DNA of 64,000 bases from the NCBI GenBank assembly GCA_041690135.1, contig JAWLHY010000002.1, positions 1,136,342-1,200,341 on the forward strand, in the 5' to 3' direction. Below, piece after piece: positions 31,177-41,511 of this stretch. This DNA comes from Armatimonadota bacterium (GTDB lineage Bacteria; Armatimonadota; SYMT01). A program made the translations under genes and the position numbers. The notes beneath the pieces are model-generated. The model did not search any database. It was not told the DNA's origin and saw only the letters and a program-made list of their open reading frames with translations. How positions within the stretch are numbered: the stretch's first letter is position 1; each line of letters starts with the position of its first letter.

Positions 31177-31716
31177 TTAACGCTGCGCCGGCATGTGGAT
31201 GAGGAACTCCTTCTGGTACTTGAGCGGACGGGAGACACAGGCGTAAGTAGCCGTGAGAACCGCGAAGCGGTCGACGCTGCTCCTCCCCTGGAATCTAACG
31301 ATCCATCGGGGGTCACCGTCGCTATCGTAGTAACGCACGGAAGCCGCTCCCCCGCGGCTCCTGGGTGCACGTCGGACTTTGAGCTGCAGTGCCGGTCTCT
31401 CGGCCGAGACATTCACGTAGTTAAGCCCCTCCGCACCCGGGATTACCGCGTACACATGGAAGCTGGCTGTCCCATCCGCCGCCGCGCTTCCCGACTCTCG
31501 GAAGATCCTTTCCGCTGGTGGCACTCCGTCGTTCCTTAAATCCAGCGCCAGCCAGCGCAGGTCGCCGCAGGCTCTTGGGTTAGCTACTCCCCGCACTTGC
31601 GCTTGTGGGCCAGGTGCTGGCGTCCCATCCTGGAAACCCAACGCAGGGCTGAGGCCATTAGATAGAAGTATTGCTGTCGCGAGAGACCACGCGCACAGTT
31701 GAAGCTGCTTTCTCAT
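31177..31716 (-). CDS. Hypothetical secreted protein
   Basis: GGGAGGT ahead of ATG 31716; signal-like MRKQLQLCAWSLATAILLS; lower GC than neighbours. Confidence 0.5.
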   Translation of the reverse strand: MRKQLQLCAWSLATAILLSNGLSPALGFQDGTPAPGPQAQVRGVANPRACGDLRWLALDLRNDGVPPAERIFRESGSAAADGTASFHVYAVIPGAEGLNYVNVSAERPALQLKVRRAPRSRGGAASVRYYDSDGDPRWIVRFQGRSSVDRFAVLTATYACVSRPLKYQKEFLIHMPAQR

Positions 31717-31916
31717 ATCAACCTCCCGCTCGAGCTCGCTTCTGCCAGGAAATGCGCGGGCCGGCGGTTGGGTCGTCATCGCGGCCGCATATACGGATGT
31801 CGGTTGGTCGTTTATTGAAAGACATACGACGCTAAGGAGGCTCTGGTGGTGTCAACCCGGATCTGGTGAAACGGGTCGTTTGCTCACTGATCAACCCAGC
31901 GGCTCCCCGGCGGGCG

Positions 31917-32062
31917 GGACGCGCGCGCTCCGTACGCTCGCCTCAACGTTTGAAGCACACGTCCTCTAGGACGCCCCAGATGACGAAGATCAGCACGAAC
32001 ACGGCGAAACCGAGTGCCACGTAGAGCTTGCCGCGGGGATTCGCAGCCGCGATGCGGTAGGC
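31917..32062 (-). pseudogene. Orphan duplicate of the 3' end of the gene at 36322-37023 (direct repeat of 36296-36441)
   Basis: Translates AYRIAAANPRGKLYVALGFAVFVLIFVIWGVLEDVCFKR-stop versus AYRIAAADPRGKLYIALGFAVFVLIFVIWGVLEEVYFKR-stop. Confidence 0.9.
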
Positions 32063-32229
32063 AGAACTACTTGGCGTTCGCCCTGATTGGCTGCATATAG
32101 TTGTGGCTTTAGCACGGATTTATCGGACATGCCCTAGGGCGAGCGCGAGCGTTGTGGTGCGGATGCGGGTCGGCATGAGCCACCTCCGGAGGAACAGTCC
32201 TCGCCCGCCCGGGATTGGTTCATCTCAGA

Positions 32230-32367
32230 TCAGGACGGCGGACACCGCAACGCCTGATTACGCAGAAAGTCGTCCACGGTGTCAACGGAGCACTGGAACG
32301 ACTTCCGATCGTGATCTTCAGTTAGGGGCTCTACCCGCAGGTGTTCCGGGAGGTTCTTCCCTACCAG
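32230..32367 (-). pseudogene. Truncated GNAT toxin (TacT/AtaT-like) N-terminus
   Basis: LRVEPLTEDHDRKSFQCSVDTVDDFLRNQALR then premature stop; matches the EPL-HDR-F-C-LD-FL N-terminus of GNAT toxins. Confidence 0.7.
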
Positions 32368-32534
32368 GTGGGATGCTTACGGCAAAACTCTGCATGCTTG
32401 CGAGCGCCCTCCCGCAGCTTCTCGTTCGGTGGTGCGGCGCTATCAGCCAGGCGGCGGAGGTTCGCGAGGCGCTCGTCCGAAACGTGAACGCGCGGGAGTT
32501 GGGTTGGATTGTTCGCCTTATACTCGTTAGCCAT
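32361..32534 (-). CDS. Short DUF1778/TacA-like antitoxin
   Basis: Strong RBS; VSDERLANLRRLADSAAPPNEKLREGARKH resembles the DUF1778 C-terminus; stop overlaps the toxin frame. Confidence 0.55.
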   Translation of the reverse strand: MANEYKANNPTQLPRVHVSDERLANLRRLADSAAPPNEKLREGARKHAEFCRKHPTW

Positions 32535-32906
32535 TTCCTCGCCCTCCTCCAACGCGTCCGGAGTCTCTTCCCGAAGGGACATCCCGTTGCCCCCACAGTC
32601 GACTGGTGAGTACCAGACACTTACTCCGCTCGAACTGGATTCTCCTGCCCTGACGAGTAGGGAAACGTATCCACTGGGATGACACCCCGTGCCCGCAGGG
32701 ACCGCAGAGATGGTAGCGTACCACCACGGGCTGCGGCCTTTTCCGCCAACGCTATCTGCTGCTCGGGCGTCCTCGTGGGCTCCTCAACCCCGGCGCATCG
32801 GGTCGCAGGAGGAAGTTCACCCTCCGCCCACGGAATGATTCCGTGCAACACCGCCCTCACTCTGCCCCCGTAATAGCGAACCCGTTGACCGAGCCAGATC
32901 CCCACC

Positions 32907-34868
32907 ATGAACCCATTTCCCTTCAAAACCGCCGGAACTTTTCGCCGCGGGCTGCCGGCCCTGGCTCTCGGGGGCCTGGTTATGGCCCTTTCCACGGCGG
33001 CGGCAGTGCCGGCGGAGGAGCAGGACTTCGCGGCGCGGCAGGCGGAGGCGAAGCAGGTCTTCAAGGATCGCGTCGCGCCCTTCTTCAACACCTACTGCAC
33101 GGATTGTCACGGCGTTCGCAGAATGCTGGGCGGTATCAACTTTGCCCCGGCGCTGCGGGCTCCCGGCGCTCCTTCCTCGGTCTTGAAATGGAAGCAGGCG
33201 CTGGCCAACGTGAAGACGCACGCCATGCCGCCGGATTACGTGAAGAAGCAGCCGACCGAGGCGGAGCGGCAGATGTTCGTGGACTGGGTGGGGACGAGCA
33301 AATATCTCAGCTCGAAGGACCCGGGCGCGTTCGTGATCCGCCGGCTGACCAAGGTGGAGTACGGCAACACGCTGCGAGATCTCTTCGGAGTGGACCCGGC
33401 GGTGGCCGCGGAGCTGCCGGATGAGGTCCCGGGCGCGGGGTATCTGAACACGCTGTCGCCGCTGCAATCGGAGATGTATCTCCAGATCGCCAACGAGGTG
33501 TTGAATCGCGTGCTCGCGCCGGGGAATGCGCCCCCGACGCAGGTACAGAAGCGGCTCTTCGGCGAGAAGCCGGCGCCGGGAACGGACCTCCGCGCGGAGG
33601 CGAAGAAGGTCGCGCGCTCGCTGACTCGCCGTGCGTATCGCCGGCCGGCGTCGGAGGCGGAGCTGGAGGTGCTGCTCGGGGTCTACGACCTGGCGACGCG
33701 GAACAAGCTTCCCTACCCGGCCGCCCTGCGCCTGATGTTGAAGGCGGTGCTGGTCTCGCCGCAGTTCCTCTACATCACGCCGGCCGGGGAGCCGCCGCCG
33801 GGGCAGTCGATCGTGCCGCTGGACGACTACCAGCTCGCCTCGCGCCTCTCGTATTTCCTCTGGGCGACGATGCCGGATGCGGAGCTCTCCGCGCTGGCCG
33901 ATGCGGGGAATCTGCACGAGCCCGCGGTGCTGCGGGTGCAGGTGAAACGCATGCTCGCCGATGCGCGGTCGCGGGCGCTGTTTGATGGCTTCGGCGCGCA
34001 GTGGTTGGGACTTGCGGACCTCGGCGCCCAGACCTTCGATACGGCGAAGTTTCCCCAGATGACCGCCGAAATGCGCGCGGCCATGGTTGACGAGGCACGG
34101 CTATTCTTCGACAGCATCGTCCGCGAAAACCGCAGCGTGGTCGATTTCGTGGATAGCGATTACACTTTTCTCAATGGTAGCCTCGCCGTGCTCTATGGAA
34201 TGGAGAAGACGGTCACCGGGCCCGCAATGCGCAAAGTGAAGCTCCCGGACGCGAACCGTGGGGGGATTCTGGCGATGCCCGGAGTCCTGGCGACGACCTC
34301 GTTTCCCAACCGCACCAGCGCCGTCAAGCGCGGCGTGTGGGTGCTCGAGCAGGTGCTCGGCGAACACGTGCCGCCGGCGCCGGCGAATGTTCCCGCCCTG
34401 GAGAAGCAGGACCAGAAGACGGTGGAGAATCTCACCCTGCGCCAGCGCACGGAGCTCCATCGCACGAACCCCGCGTGCGCGAGTTGCCACAAGATTCTCG
34501 ATCCGATCGGCTTTGGTCTGGAGAACTTTGACGCCATCGGCCGCTGGCGGGTTAAGGACGATACGGGCGGAGCGATCGACGCCGCGGGAGAGCTGCCGGG
34601 CGAAAAGCGCTTCTCCTCTCCCCGGGAGTTGAAAGCCATCCTCGCCGCCCGGAAAGAGGATCTGGCACGGAACCTCACGCGGAAGCTCCTGGCCTACGCC
34701 CTGTGCCGTCAGCTCGAAGGCTACGACGAACTCGTGGTCGATCAGATCATGGGGACCCTGGCGAAGGATGATTACCGCATGCAGGCGCTGATTACCGAGA
34801 TCGTCACCAGTTATCCGTTCGTCAATCGCCGCATCCATGAACTGGAGGCATCGTCCAATGGTCGCTAA
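32907..34868 (+). CDS. DUF1592/DUF1588/DUF1587/DUF1595/DUF1585 planctomycete cytochrome c protein
   Basis: [64 protein letters not shown]. Confidence 0.92.
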   Translation: MNPFPFKTAGTFRRGLPALALGGLVMALSTAAAVPAEEQDFAARQAEAKQVFKDRVAPFFNTYCTDCHGVRRMLGGINFAPALRAPGAPSSVLKWKQALANVKTHAMPPDYVKKQPTEAERQMFVDWVGTSKYLSSKDPGAFVIRRLTKVEYGNTLRDLFGVDPAVAAELPDEVPGAGYLNTLSPLQSEMYLQIANEVLNRVLAPGNAPPTQVQKRLFGEKPAPGTDLRAEAKKVARSLTRRAYRRPASEAELEVLLGVYDLATRNKLPYPAALRLMLKAVLVSPQFLYITPAGEPPPGQSIVPLDDYQLASRLSYFLWATMPDAELSALADAGNLHEPAVLRVQVKRMLADARSRALFDGFGAQWLGLADLGAQTFDTAKFPQMTAEMRAAMVDEARLFFDSIVRENRSVVDFVDSDYTFLNGSLAVLYGMEKTVTGPAMRKVKLPDANRGGILAMPGVLATTSFPNRTSAVKRGVWVLEQVLGEHVPPAPANVPALEKQDQKTVENLTLRQRTELHRTNPACASCHKILDPIGFGLENFDAIGRWRVKDDTGGAIDAAGELPGEKRFSSPRELKAILAARKEDLARNLTRKLLAYALCRQLEGYDELVVDQIMGTLAKDDYRMQALITEIVTSYPFVNRRIHELEASSNGR

Positions 34869-36240
34869 TTCCCGCATCGATCGTCGCACCTGTTTGAAAG
34901 GGCTCGGCGTTACCCTCGCGCTGCCGCTTTTCGAAACCATGGGCTGGGCCGACACAGGCAAGGGCAAGACGGTCAAGCCGCCGGTGCGCCTGGGCTTCAT
35001 GTATATGCCGCACGGCGTCATCATGGATCAGTTCTGGCCGGCGACTGCGGAGAGCTTTCTGTCTTCGCCCCCGCCCGCGCTGGAATCGCTGCGGCCCGTG
35101 CTGGACCAGTGCCTGCTCATGAAGGGCATCTCGGGCGTGCCGATCTCACCGTTCAATGGCGCGCCGCACGCGCTGGAGCTCTCCACCTGGCTCACGGCGC
35201 AACTGCCGGATGCGGACAAGCGGGATCAGGTCAACATTTCGATCTCCGCAGACCAGATCGCGGCCAACTACGTGGGCGGTTTCACTTCCCTGCCCTCACT
35301 CGAGCTGGCCACGATGCCGCAGACGCACAAGGAGAACCAGGAAGGGCTGAACGAAGCCTATTATTCGCACTGCAGCTTCCGTTCGCCGACGCAGCCCGTC
35401 CCTGCGGAGACGAACCCTCGCAGCGTGCTCAACCGGCTGTTCGGAAAAACCGACCGATCCGGACAGCTCGCGAATGCGGACCCGCTCGATCGTCAGTTGC
35501 TCGACCTGGTGCTCGGCGGCGCCAAAGACCTGCGCCGGACACTCCCGAGGGACGACCAGCACAAGCTGGATGAATACCTCGACAGCGTGCGTTCCGTGGA
35601 GCGCCGCATCGCCGCTATCGAGTATCGCCAGAAGGAGGCCGCGCTGGAAAAAGCCGGGGTCGCTGCGAGCAAACGCCACGCCTCCGATTCCCCACCCATC
35701 GAAATCAAGATTCCCGAGGGCGACAAGCGCAGCGAATACATGCAGGTGATGTGCGACCTCACCGTGCTCGCCTTCCAGACCGACCTGACGCGCGTCAGCA
35801 CCTACATCGGCTCCACGCCGAACGGCGTTTCCTATCCCGAGCTCGGGTTCAGTGACAAGCATCACTCCCAAACCCATCACAACAACCGGCCCGATCAGGT
35901 CGCGAAAGTCGCCGCGATTACCGCCTTCAACATCGCCCAGTTCGCCTACATGGTGAAGAAGATGGCCGCCCTTCGCGAAGGCAATGGCACGCTGCTCGAC
36001 AACTGCATCATGATGTGGGGCTCCGGCCTCGAAGACGGCAACAAGCACACCCGCGAAAACCTCCCCTTTATCATCGCGGGCAAAGGCGGCGGTTCAATCA
36101 ACACGGGACGCTTCCTGCCGCACACCAAGGGCAATCAAGGCGACTTGCTCACCACGATCCTGGCCTGCGCAGGCATCCCGCTCGATCGGCCCATCGGCAT
36201 TGCGACCAAGCAGATCAAAGAGATGATGCGCACTTCCTAA
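34858..36240 (+). CDS. DUF1552 family Tat-exported protein
   Basis: [54 protein letters not shown]. Confidence 0.92.
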   Translation: MVANSRIDRRTCLKGLGVTLALPLFETMGWADTGKGKTVKPPVRLGFMYMPHGVIMDQFWPATAESFLSSPPPALESLRPVLDQCLLMKGISGVPISPFNGAPHALELSTWLTAQLPDADKRDQVNISISADQIAANYVGGFTSLPSLELATMPQTHKENQEGLNEAYYSHCSFRSPTQPVPAETNPRSVLNRLFGKTDRSGQLANADPLDRQLLDLVLGGAKDLRRTLPRDDQHKLDEYLDSVRSVERRIAAIEYRQKEAALEKAGVAASKRHASDSPPIEIKIPEGDKRSEYMQVMCDLTVLAFQTDLTRVSTYIGSTPNGVSYPELGFSDKHHSQTHHNNRPDQVAKVAAITAFNIAQFAYMVKKMAALREGNGTLLDNCIMMWGSGLEDGNKHTRENLPFIIAGKGGGSINTGRFLPHTKGNQGDLLTTILACAGIPLDRPIGIATKQIKEMMRTS

Positions 36241-36321
36241 CCCTATGTGTGGACTCTTCACTACCAGGAGCTTCCGCAGACCCTCTTGCCCGAGAGGACG
36301 CCCGCGCTCCGTACGCTCGCC

Positions 36322-37023
36322 TCAACGTTTGAAGTACACTTCCTCCAGGACGCCCCAGATGACGAAGATCAGCACGAAGACAGCGAAGCCGAGAGCTATG
36401 TAAAGCTTGCCGCGGGGATCGGCCGCCGCGATGCGGTAGGCGGTGGCATAGGCCCGGCGCACCCGCTCCGCCTGGGGTTGGGCGCCGGCGGCGATGGGGA
36501 AACGGAAGAGGTGTCGATAGTCCGATCCATTCGGATTGGCGATCACCTGCCGGAACTCCATGTAGGTGGCGTTCACTACCACCGTGGCATTCTTCTCGAT
36601 CGAGTGGAACTCGCCGCCCACGTAGATCGCGTTGTCGGAAACCACCACTTCCACGCCTTTGTCGGGTGGGGCGGTCAGATCGAGACAGTTGGCCCCCCCT
36701 TTCCCTTCGCGGTCCAGGCGCTGGTTGAGCTCCAGGAACCGGTTCCACTCCGTCGCGCTGACGGTCCACGTCGCCAATACCCCCTCGCCGCGCTGCATGC
36801 GGGAGAAACGACGGGCGTCGCCGTGCCACACCAGGGCGCCGACGAGCGCGTAGACCGCCACCGTACCCACGATACCCAGCACCCACGGGAGCGGCCCGTC
36901 ACGCTTCCCATTCAACAGGGCCACGGCCAGGAAGATGGCCACGAGCGCGACCGCCAGCACGGCCAGGGCAAGGTTCCGCCGCCGGGCAGGGTTACTTCCC
37001 GTCAGTTTGGGGAAAGCGCGCAC
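36322..37023 (-). CDS. Hypothetical membrane protein (three TM segments)
   Basis: GGAGGAG ahead of GTG 37023; hydrophobic segments; its duplicated 3' end differs mostly at synonymous sites. Confidence 0.75.
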   Translation of the reverse strand: MRAFPKLTGSNPARRRNLALAVLAVALVAIFLAVALLNGKRDGPLPWVLGIVGTVAVYALVGALVWHGDARRFSRMQRGEGVLATWTVSATEWNRFLELNQRLDREGKGGANCLDLTAPPDKGVEVVVSDNAIYVGGEFHSIEKNATVVVNATYMEFRQVIANPNGSDYRHLFRFPIAAGAQPQAERVRRAYATAYRIAAADPRGKLYIALGFAVFVLIFVIWGVLEEVYFKR

Positions 37024-37105
37024 TTCTGTCTCCTCCACGGATCGCCCGCACCACGCCCCGCCCACCCCAGGGCGGCTCAGTTTTCCTCACAGCGCCGTAC
37101 TCTGC

Positions 37106-37203
37106 CGCCCCTCCGGGGCTCTTCTATATCGGTACCAGGTCCGGGGGTTTGCACCCCCCTGCCCGCATGCGGGCGCCCGATCTCTGGTCGCCCCTCCGGG
37201 GCT
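37106..37203. repeat. REP-like pair cgcccctccggggct (37106-37120, 37189-37203) around a ggggg-tttgca-ccccc hairpin
   Basis: Exact 15-bp direct repeat, each copy palindromic. Confidence 0.55.
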
Positions 37204-37769
37204 ACTGACCGGCTCCTGCCGGAAACTGAACCGCCCTGCTTTCCACCCACCGCCCACCGTAACACTCCTGTCCGGCCCGAGAAGCGTGGGGAACTCCCGG
37301 ATAGCCGGCGGGTCTTACCGGTAAGTGAAGAGGGGACTGGCTCGCTCGGACCCCGACCCTACAAAGGTTGTTCCCGCGAAGGAACGAGCCCACACGCGTC
37401 CAATGGGAGTAGAGGAGACCCCGACAACCGTAAACCTGCAACCCGGCACCCGTTTCGGCCATCGAACTCGTAGTAGCTAAGGGATTGGGGCGAGTAACTG
37501 GGCAGGTACCGTTTGCCAGAGGGAGGCCGCGCAAGCGCCGTCACTCCGGCAAGCTACGCTGAGCTGCGTGGAGAAGCAGGATCGTACCGAGTTGGCAAAA
37601 CTGCTCAGATACCTCCTCAAACCCCTTAGAGTAGCAGGGATGAATCTCGCATAGGTGTCCAGATACACTCGCTGGGTAGTTCTGGGGCCGAACAATTGAG
37701 CTCCAAGCAGTGGTCAGCCCGGCAACACGGACGCCGTCAGATCCAAACGGCACCCGCAACTGACGACCG

Positions 37770-37925
37770 GGGTTCCCAACTTTCAACTTCCCGACTTTCA
37801 AACTCTCCAACGCTGATCCTGCAACTGTCAACTCGTACCCTTAACGGCTCCAAGGGTTCCCAACTTTCAACCTTCAACCCCTGGCCCCCGAGGGGGGCTT
37901 CCAACTTGCCAACCCTGAAGCAACC
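37770..37925. repeat. Degenerate CAACTTT/CAACCTT heptamer tract with an 18-bp direct repeat
   Basis: gggttcccaactttcaac at 37770-37787 and 37854-37871. Confidence 0.65.
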
Positions 37926-37958
37926 GTTGCCAATCCGTACCTGCAAAGGACTACCCGA

Positions 37959-39242
37959 ATGAAGCTTGCTATTCTCACCGCCACTTGCGCCGTCAGCCTG
38001 GTGGCCGCTTCCGTGGCCGCGCCGAAGGCCGGTGATTGGCCCGCCTGGCGCGGCCCGGCCGCCAACGGCAGTACCGTGCAGGGCGAATACCCCACGCGCT
38101 GGACCCCGGAAGATGCCGCGTGGAAAGTTGCGCTGCCCGGTAACGGGGTCTCCACGCCGATCGTCTGGCAGGACCGGATCTATCTGACGACCCCATCGGA
38201 GGGGCAGGACGCGGTACTGGCGCTGGACAAGAATGGGAAGCAGCTCTGGCTTACCCAACTGGGGCCGGAGAGCCCCGCCCGGCACCGGACCCTGGGCTCG
38301 AGCTGCAACGCGTCGCCGGTGACGGACGGCAAGGGTCTCTTCGTGCGGTACCGCTCCGGCCGCCTGGCCGCATTGGACCTGAACGGCAAGGTCCGCTGGC
38401 AGATGAACCTGGTCGAGAAGTTCGGACCGGAAGAGCTCTACTGGGACCAGGGCAGCTCGCCGATGGTGGTGGGTAACCTGGTGGTCATCAGCCGGATGCA
38501 CCACGGCGAGTCGTTCGTCGCCGGCTTCGATAAGGAGACCGGCAAGCAGGTGTGGCTGCAGAAGCGCAACTACCAGGTGCCGCCCGAGAACGACAACGGG
38601 TATACCACGCCGGTCGTCTTCCAGCACCAGGGCAAGCCAGCGCTGCTGATCTGGGGCGCCGACCACCTGACCGCGCATTCCGTGGCGGACGGCTCGGTGC
38701 TCTGGACGTGCGGCGGCTTCAATCCCCGGCAGATGAAGAACTGGCCCGCCATCGCGACCCCCGTGATCCGGGGCGGCGTGGCGGTGGTGCCGGTGGGGCG
38801 CGACGACCGGCCGAACCAGGCGGGCCTGCACGGGATCCGCATCGACGGCCAGGGCGACGTGACCACCACCCACCGGGCCTGGCACCGGGACGACGTGGGC
38901 GTGTTCTGTTCCACGCCGGTGGAATACAAGGGGAAGATCTATCTCCAGCGCCATCGCGGCGGCGTGGTCTGCATCGATCCGGCCACCGGGAAGACGCTCT
39001 GGGAGAATGCCTTTCCTCGCGACAGGTCCAGCTTCTACTCCTCGCCCGTGGTGGCGAACGGCGTGCTTTACGCGGCCCGGGAAGACGGTACCGTCTTCGC
39101 CGCGAAGATCGAGAACGGTTTCGAGTTGCTGAGTGAAAACCCCATGGGCGAGCGCACCGTGGCCTCCCCCGTCCCGGCCCAGAACCGCCTCCTCATCCGC
39201 GGTGAGAAGCACCTGTTCTGCATCCCGGCGAAGGCTCGCTAG
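37959..39242 (+). CDS. PQQ-like beta-propeller repeat protein (BamB-like, planctomycete type)
   Basis: Signal peptide, DWPAWRGP, repeated SSP/STP-V and GK-x-W blade motifs. Confidence 0.88.
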   Translation: MKLAILTATCAVSLVAASVAAPKAGDWPAWRGPAANGSTVQGEYPTRWTPEDAAWKVALPGNGVSTPIVWQDRIYLTTPSEGQDAVLALDKNGKQLWLTQLGPESPARHRTLGSSCNASPVTDGKGLFVRYRSGRLAALDLNGKVRWQMNLVEKFGPEELYWDQGSSPMVVGNLVVISRMHHGESFVAGFDKETGKQVWLQKRNYQVPPENDNGYTTPVVFQHQGKPALLIWGADHLTAHSVADGSVLWTCGGFNPRQMKNWPAIATPVIRGGVAVVPVGRDDRPNQAGLHGIRIDGQGDVTTTHRAWHRDDVGVFCSTPVEYKGKIYLQRHRGGVVCIDPATGKTLWENAFPRDRSSFYSSPVVANGVLYAAREDGTVFAAKIENGFELLSENPMGERTVASPVPAQNRLLIRGEKHLFCIPAKAR

Positions 39243-39276
39243 GGAGTTGTCAAAGAATAACCGCTACGTCGTTCCC

Positions 39277-39330
39277 AGCCCGTACGGGCTTCGCTGTTTG
39301 TAGCCGCGAGTTCACTCGCCTGGCCGTAGC
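39277..39330 (-). repeat. Dispersed REP-like element, copy 2
   Basis: Reverse complement gctacggccaggcgagtgaactcgcggctacaaacagcgaagcccgtacgggct aligns with 12448-12504. Confidence 0.65.
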
Positions 39331-39467
39331 GGTTGTTGCTGGGCACTCCCCATGCGCCTGAAGGAAGGACGCGCGGGTCCTGGCGGCCAAGTTTATGGGA
39401 AACGGCTTATCAGCCTCCGACTTTTCACGTAGTAGTGAATGGTTTCCGATCCAAGGGAAGATGATTG

Positions 39468-40850
39468 ATGAACGCTAACGAGAACAACCCGACTTCGCGA
39501 CGGCAGTTCCTGAAAACCTCCGGCGGTGTGGCCGCGGCCACGGCGCTGGGAGGGGTCGCGATCCCCCACGTGCATGCCGCCGGCAGCGAAGAGGTCCAGG
39601 TCGCCCTGGTCGGCTGCGGCGGGCGCGGCAGCGGCGCCGCCGTCAACGCCCTCTCCACCAAGAGCGGCCCGATCAAGCTGTTCGCCATGGCCGATGCCTT
39701 TCCGGACCGGCTCAACGCCAGCTACGACGGCCTCAGCAAGGCCCACGCCAAGCAGGTAGACGTCACCCCAGAGCGTCGCTTCCTGGGCTGGGATGCCTAC
39801 AAGGGCGCGATGGATGCCCTGAAGCCGGGCGACGTGGTCATCCTCACCACCCCGCCGGCGTTCCGCTGGGTGCACTTCCAATACGCCATTCAGAAGGGCC
39901 TCAACGTCTTCATGGAGAAGCCGGTGACGGTCGACGGTCCCACCAGCAAGCGGATGCTGAAGCTGGCGGAAGACGCTTCGGCCAAGAACCTGAAGGTGGG
40001 GGTCGGGCTTATGTCGCGCCACGCCCGCCCGCTCCAGGAACTGCACAAGCGGGTGCAGAACGGCGAACTCGGCGACATCATCCTGATGCGCGGCTACCGC
40101 ATCCACCCGCCCGCGGGCTTCTTCGAGTCCACCCCCAAGCCGGCCAACATGACTGACCTGGACTACCAGATCCGGCGGTTCCACAGCTTCCTGTGGGCCA
40201 GCGGCGGTTGCTTCAGCGACTTCTACATCCACCTCATCGACCACCTCTCCTGGATGAAGGATGCGTGGCCGGTATCCGCCAAGGGCCAGGGCGGGCGCCA
40301 CTTCAAGACCGCGCCGGACGGCACCCCGTTCGTGGACCAGAACTTCGACAGCTACACCGTGGAGTACACCTTCGCGGACGGCACGAAGTTCTACTTCGAA
40401 GGGCGCCACCAGCGGGGGACGGACGGCCTGTACTCCAGTTATGTCCACGGCACCAAGGGGATTGGCATCGCCTCCCGCGCGAACGACTGCGGCGCGCCGT
40501 CGGCCATCTACAAGGGCCACAACCTGAACCCCACTAACCTGGTATGGCAGTCCAAGGACACCAGCAACCCGTACCAGAACGAGTGGGACGCGCTGATCGA
40601 TGCCATCCGCAAGGACAAGCCGCACAACGAGGTGAAGCGCGGCGTGGAAGCGAGCCTGGTCACCAGCATGGGACGCATGGCGGCGCATACCGGTCGGGAG
40701 ATCACTTTCCAGGACATGCTCAACTGCCCGCACGAGTTCGCTCCGGGCCTGGACAAGCTGACGAAGGATACCCCGTCCCCGCTCATGCCGGACGCCAGCG
40801 GCCGGTACCCCGTGCCGCAGCCGGGCACGAAGCGCGACCGGGAGTACTAG
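39468..40850 (+). CDS. Tat-exported Gfo/Idh/MocA family oxidoreductase
   Basis: SRRQFLK, LVGCGGRGSGA Rossmann motif, TTPPAFR, FMEKP. Confidence 0.92.
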   Translation: MNANENNPTSRRQFLKTSGGVAAATALGGVAIPHVHAAGSEEVQVALVGCGGRGSGAAVNALSTKSGPIKLFAMADAFPDRLNASYDGLSKAHAKQVDVTPERRFLGWDAYKGAMDALKPGDVVILTTPPAFRWVHFQYAIQKGLNVFMEKPVTVDGPTSKRMLKLAEDASAKNLKVGVGLMSRHARPLQELHKRVQNGELGDIILMRGYRIHPPAGFFESTPKPANMTDLDYQIRRFHSFLWASGGCFSDFYIHLIDHLSWMKDAWPVSAKGQGGRHFKTAPDGTPFVDQNFDSYTVEYTFADGTKFYFEGRHQRGTDGLYSSYVHGTKGIGIASRANDCGAPSAIYKGHNLNPTNLVWQSKDTSNPYQNEWDALIDAIRKDKPHNEVKRGVEASLVTSMGRMAAHTGREITFQDMLNCPHEFAPGLDKLTKDTPSPLMPDASGRYPVPQPGTKRDREY

Positions 40851-40935
40851 ACCGGATCCGGTGTGTCCGGCGGGCTCATCACAGAGTCCGCCGGGCACAC
40901 TCCGTAAGCGGTGGGCGAGAAGGAGCGCGCCGAAG

Positions 40936-41457
40936 ATGGCCTCATTTTTCCGGACCTACCGGGAGGAAAACGGCACCCGCATCGACGGCGTGTTCGCAAT
41001 GGTCTTCATCCATAATCTCCGCTATCACCTGACGCATATCAGCATCTATCAGGACGGGATGGTGGATTGCTGGGGCCTCGTGGACTTCGAAAAGTTCAAA
41101 GAAAAGGTCCGCAGCGGATGGGTGGTCACCCAGCCTCCGGAAGGAGCCGAGGTCAGCATCTCCTTCCTGGCTAGCTTCCGAGCCGTCGACGCCTACTACT
41201 GGGTCGATCCGGAAGAGCTCATCAAAGAGGTCGCGGACGAGATCGAGCAGTTAAACGGACGCCCGACCACTTCCGTTCGTTGTCGCGAGGCCTGGGACCG
41301 CTACCGGCGCGATCCGTCCGAGGACAACAAGGAGGCGCTCCGCGAGGCCTACGAAGCCATTCCCCGGCATAACCGGATGTACGTTCTCGGGGATATGGAC
41401 AGTAAGGACTGGCCGATCCGGCGCATCCTGGAGGGAGATCCACCGGAGAACGGCTGA
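40936..41457 (+). CDS. Conserved-looking hypothetical protein
   Basis: AGGAG ahead of ATG 40936; YQDGMVDCWGLVDF and LREAYEAIPRHNRMYVLGDMDSKD; coding-like codon use. Confidence 0.7.
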   Translation: MASFFRTYREENGTRIDGVFAMVFIHNLRYHLTHISIYQDGMVDCWGLVDFEKFKEKVRSGWVVTQPPEGAEVSISFLASFRAVDAYYWVDPEELIKEVADEIEQLNGRPTTSVRCREAWDRYRRDPSEDNKEALREAYEAIPRHNRMYVLGDMDSKDWPIRRILEGDPPENG

Positions 41458-41511
41458 GCCTCATGCGTAAGAGGTTCGTACCCCGTCAGGGGATTGCGTC
41501 TTCCGTGGTCC

